NCBI GenBank assembly: GCA_963840575.1
Contig: CAWIZP010000010.1
Location: forward strand, 137,485-201,484
DNA: 64,000 nucleotides
Source: an uncultured Acidobacteriota bacterium
Lineage (GTDB): Bacteria; Acidobacteriota; Terriglobia; Terriglobales; Acidobacteriaceae
Direction: 5' to 3'
The position numbers and the translations under genes are program-made. Positions within the stretch are counted from its first letter, which is position 1, and every line of letters starts with the position of its first letter. A model generated the notes under the pieces. The model ran no database searches and was not told the origin of the DNA. It saw nothing but the letters and a program-made list of their open reading frames with translations. Shown one piece after another: positions 56,365-64,000 of this stretch.

Positions 56365-57540
56365 GTGTCCCGCAAGAATTCTTACGAGGATCGAATGGCA
56401 GCACCTGGCACCGCACCAATTTTAGTTTCCCCGGAAGGCTATTCCGGCAGCGGTAAAGTGGCCACGCCCGCATTGCTGAGCGCGATGCTGCGCGCGACCG
56501 AAAAAATCAGCGACCTGATCTTTTCTCCCGGCAGGCCTCCTCAGGTACAAGTCTACGGCCAGCTTATTCCGGTTCAAGTGCCCGGCATGGAGGCGCTCAA
56601 CCCTGATGACACGCGCCATCTTTCCGCCGACCTGATCGGCGACAACAAGCAGGCCGTCACAACCCTGCGCGAACACGGATCCTGCGACCTCTCTTACAGC
56701 CTGGCCGGCGTGGCCCGCTTTCGGGTCAATATTTTTATCCAGCGCGGCAGTTGTGCCGTTGTGATGCGAGTCATTCCGACCGCTATTCCGGATTTCGCTT
56801 CTCTCCGTTTGCCAGCGAGTCTTGCCGACGTCGCTAAGCTGAGGGATGGAATAGTGCTCGTAACCGGGCCCGCGGGATCGGGCAAGTCCTCGACTTTGGC
56901 CGTACTGCTCGACTGTATTAATCGCGAGAAAAATTATCACATCATCACGATCGAAGATCCCATCGAATTCCTACACAACCACAAATGCTCCACGGTTCAT
57001 CAGCGCGAACTGCACAGCGACACTCCCAGCTTTGCACACGCCCTGCGCTCCGCCTTGCGCCAGGCGCCAAAAGTCATTCTGGTCGGCGAGATGCGCGACC
57101 GCGAAACCATAGAGATTGTTCTCGAAGCCGCCGAAACCGGCCACCTTGTGCTCTCCAGCTTGAATACTATGGATGCGTCCAAGACTGTGGACCGGATCGT
57201 CTGTTCCTTTTCTCCGGATGAACAGCCAAATGCGCGGGAGCGCTTCGCCAAATCGTTTCGTTATATCGTGTGCCAGCGGCTTCTGCCCAAGACTGATCGC
57301 ACCGGACGCGTTCCCGTCGCCGAAATTCTGAAAGCCAATGCGCGCACGCGCGAGTGTATCGAGAAAGGTGGCCGCGAGAGTAAACCATTGCTCGACGCGA
57401 TTAAGGCTGGCGCTACAGAAGGGATGCAACACTTCGACGGCGAAATCGCCCAGTTAGTGCGCGACCGAGTGGTCGATCTTGAGACTGGCATTTCTTTCGC
57501 CAGCAACCCCACCGTCCTGGGTCAGGAACTGGCTAGATAG
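56365..57540 (+). CDS. pilT: type IV pilus retraction ATPase PilT family
   Basis: Walker A GPAGSGKSST, HIITIEDPIEF, ILVGEMRD and HLVLSSLNT motifs. GTG start; the alternative is ATG 56395. Confidence 0.88.
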   Translation: MSRKNSYEDRMAAPGTAPILVSPEGYSGSGKVATPALLSAMLRATEKISDLIFSPGRPPQVQVYGQLIPVQVPGMEALNPDDTRHLSADLIGDNKQAVTTLREHGSCDLSYSLAGVARFRVNIFIQRGSCAVVMRVIPTAIPDFASLRLPASLADVAKLRDGIVLVTGPAGSGKSSTLAVLLDCINREKNYHIITIEDPIEFLHNHKCSTVHQRELHSDTPSFAHALRSALRQAPKVILVGEMRDRETIEIVLEAAETGHLVLSSLNTMDASKTVDRIVCSFSPDEQPNARERFAKSFRYIVCQRLLPKTDRTGRVPVAEILKANARTRECIEKGGRESKPLLDAIKAGATEGMQHFDGEIAQLVRDRVVDLETGISFASNPTVLGQELAR

Positions 57541-57588
57541 GAATTCTTCAAGGTGCGCGTCAGACACGCTTACAAGTTTTGCCTGTAG

Positions 57589-58596
57589 TCAAAACCAATC
57601 CGGAAAAATTAGTTCCGCCAGCCCAGGAACCCAGTAGGAATAAAATCTTTCATCGCAGATCTTGTATTTTCCATATTTCTTCCTTGCATATCTCCCCCAA
57701 TCCGGGCGAGTGCCATCGAGGTCGGTAAATCCGTATTCGCGTGCCAGACCCCAGGTACTGAAAACGCGTCCGCTTTTCTGTTTCACCTTGGGATCGGTCG
57801 CCAGTGCTACAATCGCACGCCCGATATACCGCGGCGATTCCGAGACCATAAAGTCGCTCGGCGCATCGTTTTGGTTTGGACTATTTTGATTTTTCTTCTT
57901 TTTCTTTCCCACGTCCTTCCAGTTCGCCTCTGCAACCCGAAAATGATCAAGCACTCTTTCCGACCGCAAGAAACCAGGAGTCAGGGCCACCGAGACTATG
58001 TCCTGTTTGCGCAACTCGCGCGACATGGCGAAGGCTAACCGTATTATGGAAATCTTCACCAGGTCATAAAATAAGTTCCCACGATAGTAGAATGCGTCTC
58101 CGTCGGTAATTTCAAAAATAATTGCCCCCCTTCGGCCCAACATCAGTGGAACGGCATAGTGGGACGTAATAATGTGCGAGTGAATTGCTTGCTTCAGCAT
58201 CTTCAGGCCGTTCTCAAGGTTGACAGTCCAGAATGTCCTGCCCCATTCCGTGAGCGGATCCCCGCCCCACACGTCGTTGACGAGAATGTCTAATGCCTTG
58301 TGCCGCCGCTTGATTTTCGCGACCAGCATTCTTACTTCGGCGGGCTCGGTGTGATCCACTCTTACGGCAATTCCCAGCCCGCCAGCTGCCGTCACCAGTT
58401 CTGCGGTCTCTTCAATCGTTTCAGGTTGGGGACTGGCTTCTGAACGTGCTCGCGGATGTTTCCTCGAACTGCGTCCTGTGCAGTAAACCGTCGCGCCCGC
58501 CTCCCCCAGTGCGACGGCAATCCCGCGCCCGGCCCCACGCGTCGCACCCGCAACCAGCGCGATCTTGCCCTTCAGGAATTTAGTCGAAGCCGCCAT
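57589..58596 (-). CDS. SDR family oxidoreductase (long form)
   Basis: GKIALVAGATRGAGRGIAVALGEAGATVYCTGRS Rossmann segment. Contains a Lys/Asn-rich insertion KKKKKNQNSPNQN. Confidence 0.75.
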   Translation of the reverse strand: MAASTKFLKGKIALVAGATRGAGRGIAVALGEAGATVYCTGRSSRKHPRARSEASPQPETIEETAELVTAAGGLGIAVRVDHTEPAEVRMLVAKIKRRHKALDILVNDVWGGDPLTEWGRTFWTVNLENGLKMLKQAIHSHIITSHYAVPLMLGRRGAIIFEITDGDAFYYRGNLFYDLVKISIIRLAFAMSRELRKQDIVSVALTPGFLRSERVLDHFRVAEANWKDVGKKKKKNQNSPNQNDAPSDFMVSESPRYIGRAIVALATDPKVKQKSGRVFSTWGLAREYGFTDLDGTRPDWGRYARKKYGKYKICDERFYSYWVPGLAELIFPDWF

Positions 58597-58638
58597 GAAT
58601 TATTCTTCTGCCACAGATTATGGCGATGCCCCGTTCTT

Positions 58639-58932
58639 TCAGGAGCGAGTTAGTAACTCCTCAACCAGAGCAGCCCACTCGGCCTCGAATGCCGGCCGGT
58701 AGAAACTGCGTCCCGCCCGCTGGTACCAGTAATCGGCGTTCGAAGTCGCGCCCTCCTTGCGATGGAGGTAGGCATGAACCGCCATACTGTCCGCGGTTTC
58801 CAATTCGTCCACCAGGGAGTGGGCGCGAGTCCAATCGCCCTTTGCGTCCCACCACAACGCCGCCACCGGGGCAGATAGGCCGGCTGGTAGCGGGTCCTGC
58901 GCCAGCGATCGACGGAATTCATCAAGGTTCAT
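58639..58932 (-). CDS. conserved hypothetical protein (97 aa)
   Basis: ORF co-directional with the SDR gene. WWDAKGDW...HAYLHRKEG...YWYQRAG pattern. No function known to me. Confidence 0.5.
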   Translation of the reverse strand: MNLDEFRRSLAQDPLPAGLSAPVAALWWDAKGDWTRAHSLVDELETADSMAVHAYLHRKEGATSNADYWYQRAGRSFYRPAFEAEWAALVEELLTRS

Positions 58933-59066
58933 CCGTCTACTCTTCAGAAGACGATGCCTACAGATGCGACAGGCGATTCAATAATAAACACTCATTCAGT
59001 AATGTCAAGTAGAAACTAAACGGCTGTTCAGTTATTCTTATTCTGCCTGAGAACGTACCCTAAAGC

Positions 59067-59660
59067 ATGACGGCTCGCCCCCGCGAAACCTCCAACGCAG
59101 AAATCCTCGCCGCTGCCGCTCGCGTCATGCGGCGGATCAGTCCGGTTGACCTCACCCTCGCCGACGTTGCCCAAGAGGCTGGAATCGTTCCTGCAACCAT
59201 CATCCAGCGTTTCGGTACGAAACGCGAATTGCTTCTCGCTAACTGCAAAGCGTGGACCGCCGGCGTGGCCGGACAATTCGCCGCCGCTCGCGCGAAGTAC
59301 GGCTCGCCGCTGAAAACGCTGATTGAGATGTTTGCCGAGAGCAGTAGCTTCGCCGCAACTCCCGAGTCCATGGCGAACTTTCTCGCGTATCTTCAGATCG
59401 ACCTCACCGATCGGGAGTTTCACGCCGTGCTATTGACGCAACACACCACTACCCGCAACGAAACCCGAAAGCTTCTGGATGATGCCATCGCCGCGCGCGA
59501 ACTGAAGCCCTGCGATACCGCTGAACTCGCCCGCCTCGTCCAGCAAGTCAATGGAGGCGCCATGCTCGATTGGGCGATCTATCGGAAAGGCACGCTTCCT
59601 TCGTGGATTCGCAGCAGCGTGGAAGCACTCATTCTTCCTTATCGCCGCTCGGCTAGTTAA
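59067..59660 (+). CDS. TetR family transcriptional regulator
   Basis: HTH segment LTLADVAQEAGIVPATIIQRFGTKRELL. Confidence 0.85.
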   Translation: MTARPRETSNAEILAAAARVMRRISPVDLTLADVAQEAGIVPATIIQRFGTKRELLLANCKAWTAGVAGQFAAARAKYGSPLKTLIEMFAESSSFAATPESMANFLAYLQIDLTDREFHAVLLTQHTTTRNETRKLLDDAIAARELKPCDTAELARLVQQVNGGAMLDWAIYRKGTLPSWIRSSVEALILPYRRSAS

Positions 59661-59803
59661 TCGAAAAGTACAAGCTTTCAGTTGGTAAAGGAATATAGAG
59701 AGACGTATTCATGTATACGCACCGATCTCAGACTTGAAGGCCCCCAGGAGCCCACGCCCCATCCCCAATAGCTTTGCGAGCTTGACCTATACGCACGGGC
59801 GCT

Positions 59804-61117
59804 TTGATCTATGATTTCCCCATGCCCGTCACGCCAACGCCATCCCCATCCCTGGTGCTGACCTTTGAGGATGCGCGTCGTGTAGTCGAAGACCATGCCT
59901 CTCATGTGTCCCCGATGGGCACGGAAACAGTGGGCCTGCTGCGCGCTGCGAGCCGCGTGCTGGCCGAGTCGGTAACTGCCGATCGTGATATCCCGCCATT
60001 TGCGCGATCCACGCGCGATGGCTACGCGATTCGAGCGGCCGATGTCGCACATCTTCCCGCTAGACTGAAAGTGATCGGAGAGATCAAAGCGGGTCTGGGT
60101 CGAATTCCCTGTCCACTAAATCCGGGCGAAGCGTTTTCCATCATGACCGGCGCCCCGGTTCCTCCCGGTGCAGATGCCGTGCTGATGGTCGAATATACAT
60201 CGCAGCACGGCGACTCCGTCGAGGTCATGAAAGGCGTCTCTGCTCAAGAAAACATTGTCCTTCAAGGTGCAGAAGGAAAAAGCGGCAGCCTCCTGCTGGG
60301 CCCTGGCACGCGCATGAACGAAGTGGCCATCGCCCTTGCAGCCTCGGTCGGGAAATCTTGCTTGCAGGTCTTCGTTCGCCCGCGCGTTGCGATTCTCACC
60401 ACCGGCGATGAGATCGTCGAAATCGATGCCGATCCCGACCAGGATCTTGGTCCCACAAAGATTCGCAACTCCAATCTTTATTCGCTGGCGGTGCAAGTTG
60501 AGCAGGCGGGAGGCGAACCCGCTCTTCTTCCTATCGCTCGCGACGAACTGGGGCCCCTTCGCCGGCTGATCGAAGAGGGGGTGCAATGCGATCTGTTGAT
60601 CATGACTGGTGGCGTTTCGATGGGCCGCTATGATCTGGTCGAACAAGTCCTCGCCGATTTGCGAGCCGAATTTTTCTTCACCGGAGCGAACATCCAGCCG
60701 GGACGGCCAGTAGTTTTCGGCCGTGTGCAGTATGCCGCGGGTGCCCTTGCCCGCGAAGGCGCTTCAGCGCATTCCGCGCACAAATATTTCTTCGGCCTTC
60801 CCGGCAATCCAGTCTCCACCATGGTTACCTTCGAACTTTTTGCCCGCCCCATGCTCGAAGCGCTAACGGGAGCAGCCCCGCGCCAGCTTACCTTCGTGCA
60901 CGCACGACTAAAATCCGACATCCGCATCAAGCCCGGACTCAGGCGCTTCCTCCCAGCGTTCCTGTCCGGCGAATACGAAAAATCTCAAGCCGAACTCGTT
61001 CCCTGGCAAGGTTCAGGAGATATCGCCGCCCGCGCCCGCGCAAATTGCTACATCGTCATCCCCCCCGATCGAGAGCACATCCCAGCAGGCGAATGGGTCG
61101 CCATAATGTTGCGATAA
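59804..61117 (+). CDS. moeA: molybdopterin molybdotransferase MoeA (start TTG 59804 or ATG 59822)
   Basis: FARSTRDGYAIRA, IMTGAPVP and MTGGVSMGRYD motifs. Confidence 0.92.
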   Translation: MIYDFPMPVTPTPSPSLVLTFEDARRVVEDHASHVSPMGTETVGLLRAASRVLAESVTADRDIPPFARSTRDGYAIRAADVAHLPARLKVIGEIKAGLGRIPCPLNPGEAFSIMTGAPVPPGADAVLMVEYTSQHGDSVEVMKGVSAQENIVLQGAEGKSGSLLLGPGTRMNEVAIALAASVGKSCLQVFVRPRVAILTTGDEIVEIDADPDQDLGPTKIRNSNLYSLAVQVEQAGGEPALLPIARDELGPLRRLIEEGVQCDLLIMTGGVSMGRYDLVEQVLADLRAEFFFTGANIQPGRPVVFGRVQYAAGALAREGASAHSAHKYFFGLPGNPVSTMVTFELFARPMLEALTGAAPRQLTFVHARLKSDIRIKPGLRRFLPAFLSGEYEKSQAELVPWQGSGDIAARARANCYIVIPPDREHIPAGEWVAIMLR

Positions 61118-61173
61118 ATGATCTGCAGATAAATGACCTGCAGATAAATGACCTGCAGATAAAATGATCCGCA
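61113..61173. repeat. 4-unit tandem direct repeat of 15 bp (GATAAATGAYCTGCA) starting inside the moeA stop region
   Basis: Units at 61113-61127, 61128-61142 and 61143-61157 (the last two identical), plus a 16-bp variant at 61158-61173. Confidence 0.9.
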
Positions 61174-61268
61174 ATGACGATGGGCTGGCGATGCGATGTA
61201 GGAACGTTCTGGGGCTTGCCCGTGGTCACCACTGACGTGAGCGCATCCATGTAAGATAGAGCTTCCTC

Positions 61269-61751
61269 ATGGCAAAGCTCTCTCATTACGACGCCGATGG
61301 TCGCGCGCGCATGGTCGACGTCTCCGGCAAAGGCGCAACTCGCCGCGAAGCTGAGGCCAGTGCGTTCGTCAGTATGCAGCCCGCAGTCCTGAAGGCCTTG
61401 CCAAGAAATCCCAAAGGCGACCCGCTGGAAGTCGCGCGCATCGCTGGAATCATGGCCGCCAAGCGCACATCTGACCTGATTCCCATGTGCCACACGCTGC
61501 CGCTGTCGCACGTTGATGTCGAAATGCGCGTGTGCGAGAATGGCGTCGCAATCACAACTAGAGTTGCGACCACAGCCCAAACCGGAGTCGAGATGGAGGC
61601 TTTGGTAGCCGCCACCATCTCGGCCCTCACAATCTATGACATGGTGAAGGCGCTCGATAAGGGAATTGAGATTCGCGAGATTGTGCTGCAGCGGAAGACC
61701 GGTGGCAAGAGCGGCGACTTTCGCCGCGCCAAGAGTGACGGCAAAAGTTAA
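61269..61751 (+). CDS. moaC: cyclic pyranopterin monophosphate synthase
   Basis: RMVDVSGK and LIPMCHTLPLSHV motifs, 160 aa. Confidence 0.94.
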   Translation: MAKLSHYDADGRARMVDVSGKGATRREAEASAFVSMQPAVLKALPRNPKGDPLEVARIAGIMAAKRTSDLIPMCHTLPLSHVDVEMRVCENGVAITTRVATTAQTGVEMEALVAATISALTIYDMVKALDKGIEIREIVLQRKTGGKSGDFRRAKSDGKS

Positions 61752-61765
61752 GCATAAAATGATCC

Positions 61766-62620
61766 ATGGCGAATGACGTCAAACTCCTCTTAGTCGACGA
61801 CAATCCGATGGTGTTGAACATGCTGGAGCATGCGCTCACTCCGTTCGCGCGCGTCGTCTCTGCCGGCGATGCCGCCGATGCGCTGCTGAAAGCGGTCGAC
61901 GATCCTCCAGAGTTGGTGGTTTGCGACTACCGCATGCCCGGCATGGACGGCCGCCAGCTCGTCGAGCGCCTGAAGAGCCGTCCGGCAACGGCAAATTTCT
62001 CCGCCATTTTGATGGCGAGCCGGGCAGACATTGATGAACGCCTTTCCCCGCAGGATGCCGCCGACGACTATCTCGCCAAGCCTTTCTTCCTGAAAGAAGC
62101 CACCCGCCGGATCAAGCGCACGGTTGATCGCATCGCGCTCGAGAAGATGGCCAAGACCGCGCCCTCGGATGGCGTGGTCCGGGGCAATCTGGCGCAGATG
62201 AATGTCATCGACCTGATGCAGTCCCTCGAAATGGGACGCAAGAGCTGCCAGCTCAAACTCAACAACGCGGGCGATAAGTGTGAAGTCTTTTTCGTTGAGG
62301 GCCAGGTCAAGCACGCGACTTACGGAGCATTGACCGGCGATGAGGCCGTCTTTAAAGTTTTGCGCTGGACCGGCGGCAACTTCGAACTCAATTTCGAGGG
62401 CAAGACCGATCAAGAAACCACCAAGCTCAACACTCAAGGTCTGCTGATGGAGGGACTGCGTCTGCTCGACGAATCCCAACGTGAAGGCGGCGCGGAAGGC
62501 GCAGAAGATAACATTGAGGGCGCGAGCGCTCCAGCTTCGAGCACTGCTATGGCGAGTTCTTCCGCTTCAAGCGGCGCCGGTCACGGGGAAGAGGAAGAGG
62601 ATGTCCTCCTCGATAGTTGA
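61766..62620 (+). CDS. response regulator receiver domain fused to a DUF4388-like domain
   Basis: REC domain with LLLVDDNP and CDYRMPGMDG. Then GNLAQMNVIDLMQSLEMGRKSCQLKL...VFFVEGQVKHATYGALTGDEAVFKVLRWTGGNFEL. Acidic/Ser tail. Confidence 0.8.
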   Translation: MANDVKLLLVDDNPMVLNMLEHALTPFARVVSAGDAADALLKAVDDPPELVVCDYRMPGMDGRQLVERLKSRPATANFSAILMASRADIDERLSPQDAADDYLAKPFFLKEATRRIKRTVDRIALEKMAKTAPSDGVVRGNLAQMNVIDLMQSLEMGRKSCQLKLNNAGDKCEVFFVEGQVKHATYGALTGDEAVFKVLRWTGGNFELNFEGKTDQETTKLNTQGLLMEGLRLLDESQREGGAEGAEDNIEGASAPASSTAMASSSASSGAGHGEEEEDVLLDS

Positions 62621-63119
62621 GGGAATGAGCGAAGCCGCTGCAACGTTTACCGCTGCCGTGGTCACGGTGAGCGATTCCTGCGCCCGCGGCGAACGCGTGG
62701 ATCTTTCCGGGCCTGCCGTTTCCGCAACTCTGGCAAAATTTGGCTTTCGCGTGGTTGCTACGAAAATTGTGCAGGATGATTCTATGCAGATTCAGAATGC
62801 CCTCGTCCACCTTGCCCTCGAAGCTCGCTTGATTGCGACCACGGGTGGAACCGGAATCGCGCCGCGTGACGTTACACCGGAGGCGACCGAAGCAATCTGC
62901 GACCGGCTGATCGACGGCGTGGGTGAGCGCATGCGCCTCGAAGGCGCGAAGAAAACTCCGTTTGCCGCTCTAAGCCGCGGGGTCTGCGGAGTCCGCGAAA
63001 AAACACTAATTCTGAATCTGCCCGGGAGTCCCGACGGCGCAGTGGAATCCTTGGAAGCGGTTGCGGATCTGATTCCGCACGCGCTGAATCTCTTAGATGG
63101 TAAAACGGAGCATTTCTAG
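62601..63119 (+). CDS. moaB: MoaB/MogA family molybdenum cofactor biosynthesis protein (alternative start 62625)
   Basis: AAVVTVSDS and TTGGTGIAPRDVTPEAT motifs. Overlaps the response regulator gene by 20 nt if it starts at 62601. Confidence 0.88.
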   Translation: MSSSIVEGMSEAAATFTAAVVTVSDSCARGERVDLSGPAVSATLAKFGFRVVATKIVQDDSMQIQNALVHLALEARLIATTGGTGIAPRDVTPEATEAICDRLIDGVGERMRLEGAKKTPFAALSRGVCGVREKTLILNLPGSPDGAVESLEAVADLIPHALNLLDGKTEHF

Positions 63120-63302
63120 CGGGCGGCTTTCCTCAATATTAGCGGATAGACCCTCCATGTGGTTGATGGGAAGACTTTGTGCATTAAATTGCAATCGCCT
63201 GCAACCTGGTTGCAGAAATTATCAGTCTTGACACTTCTGAACTTCGAGCTAGAGTGTCAATAGCAGTTCCTTCCCCATGACACCGGATCGCGAGGAGCAG
63301 TA

Positions 63303-63662
63303 ATGAAATCAATCGTCAAATTATCAACGGTCGCTTTCGCAGCCGTTTTGTGTTTCGCGTCTTGCGCTCTTGCTCAAGACAAGGTGAACTCCAAGACGAG
63401 CGCCGGGGCACCTGCAGTATTCACCCTTACGCTGGGTTTTGATGGAAAGGGCGGAGATAAGGGATGCGGCAACCAGGGTGGTGGAGGTGGTGGATGGTGG
63501 GAAGATTGGGGAGGTTGGGGTGGCAGCAATAACGGCGGATGTAAGAGCGTTCCGGAAGGCGGGACCACGCTGACTTATTTGTCGCTGGCCGGCCTTTGTT
63601 GCTTGGGAGCGGTGGTTTTCCGCTCGCGCCGGGCAGCTTATCTTCCCGAGACAAACAGTTAA
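63303..63662 (+). CDS. small secreted Gly/Trp-rich protein with PEP-CTERM-like C-terminal sorting signal
   Basis: Signal peptide MKSIVKLSTVAFAAVLCFASCALA. GNQGGGGGGWWEDWGGWGGSNNGG core. C-terminus has VPEGG, a TM helix (LTYLSLAGLCCLGAVVF) and RSRR. Confidence 0.7.
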   Translation: MKSIVKLSTVAFAAVLCFASCALAQDKVNSKTSAGAPAVFTLTLGFDGKGGDKGCGNQGGGGGGWWEDWGGWGGSNNGGCKSVPEGGTTLTYLSLAGLCCLGAVVFRSRRAAYLPETNS

Positions 63663-63711
63663 TCACTCAAAGTGGGCTAGTATGTGAGAGCCTAGAACGA
63701 ATCGTTTCCCG

Positions 63712-63745
63712 ATGGCGCGCCTGTCGCAGACGCGCCATTTTCGTT
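63712..63745 (+). terminator. rho-independent terminator after the PEP-CTERM gene
   Basis: ATGGCGCGCCTG-TCG-CAGACGCGCCAT stem (one mismatch) followed by TTTTCGTT. Confidence 0.65.
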
Positions 63746-64000
63746 GGTATCTCTTCGACATCGCTCCCAGCTCCGCATTCACCCTTTCGAGCGGTACTTC
63801 GCTAGGAAACCTTTAGCCTGTTCCATCTGCTGACCTGACCTGTAAGTTCCCGTAACGGATAGTTTCAATGCGATGATGCAATGGATTGCAATCATCAGCG
63901 GTTTTCTCCAGTTGCAATATGACAACTTCTAGATATAAAGTGAAAATCTTTGCACAACGGGACGCTCCAGACTGGAAAAAGTGCCCTTTCTGTCAACCCC

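Noticed and set aside
59661-59803. Possible Moco (moaA-motif) riboswitch upstream of moeA
   Set aside because: The region is short. I could not recognise the conserved multi-stem Moco RNA core by eye. A covariance-model scan would be needed, so no call is made.
61113-61173. The repeat array as a CRISPR or iteron-type replication element
   Set aside because: The units are contiguous with no spacers, only 15 bp long and only four in number. No cas or rep genes are nearby. It is kept as a simple tandem repeat.
1-64000. Mobile element, prophage or defence island spanning part of the window
   Set aside because: I found no integrase, transposase, phage structural gene, tRNA attachment site, terminal inverted repeats or known multi-gene defence signature. 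vapBC is the only such module.

Overview
GC-rich chromosomal window whose gene content (PEP-CTERM-type sorting signal, TIGR03118-like propeller, membrane Ser/Thr kinases with TolB-like propellers, actinobacterial-type hydrogenase set) suggests a soil Acidobacteriota-like organism; this taxonomic call is inference only. I found no rRNA, tRNA, CRISPR array, transposase or integrase. Bases 1-14111 hold the 3' end of a [NiFe]-hydrogenase large subunit and a complete maturation island: a NifU-like gene, three coupled genes of unknown function, an N-terminally extended maturation protease, a small membrane protein plus a YceI-like protein, hypCDE, a tandem-SIS protein, a glutaredoxin-like protein, hypF, hypAB and a His-rich nickel permease. 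After that come a TetR regulator with an RND efflux pump (permease-adaptor-OMF order), two sugar MFS transporters, and an argR-led arginine operon (argR-C-B-F-G-H plus a short GNAT) with ARG boxes. Next are glpFK, an SDR/ProC-like pair, an NTP_transf_5-like protein with two PilZ-like genes, a secreted propeller and an isochorismatase. The right half holds two divergent kinase paralogs, der, a DinG-like helicase, vapBC with a consensus promoter/operator, a B12-radical SAM enzyme, queDEC, a TPR protein and pilT. It ends with a Moco operon (moeA-moaC-moaB) interrupted by a response regulator, then a tiny Gly/Trp-rich PEP-CTERM protein. The best candidates for undescribed biology are: (1) the uncharacterised hydrogenase-linked module, including the small-membrane-protein/YceI pair; (2) an unannotated 39-codon sORF that shares a C-terminal motif with the hydrogenase-linked small protein; (3) a GGA-dense noncoding stretch; (4) a 15-bp tandem repeat; (5) the DUF4388 response regulator inside the Moco operon. 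All family assignments come from motifs read by eye; no searches were run.
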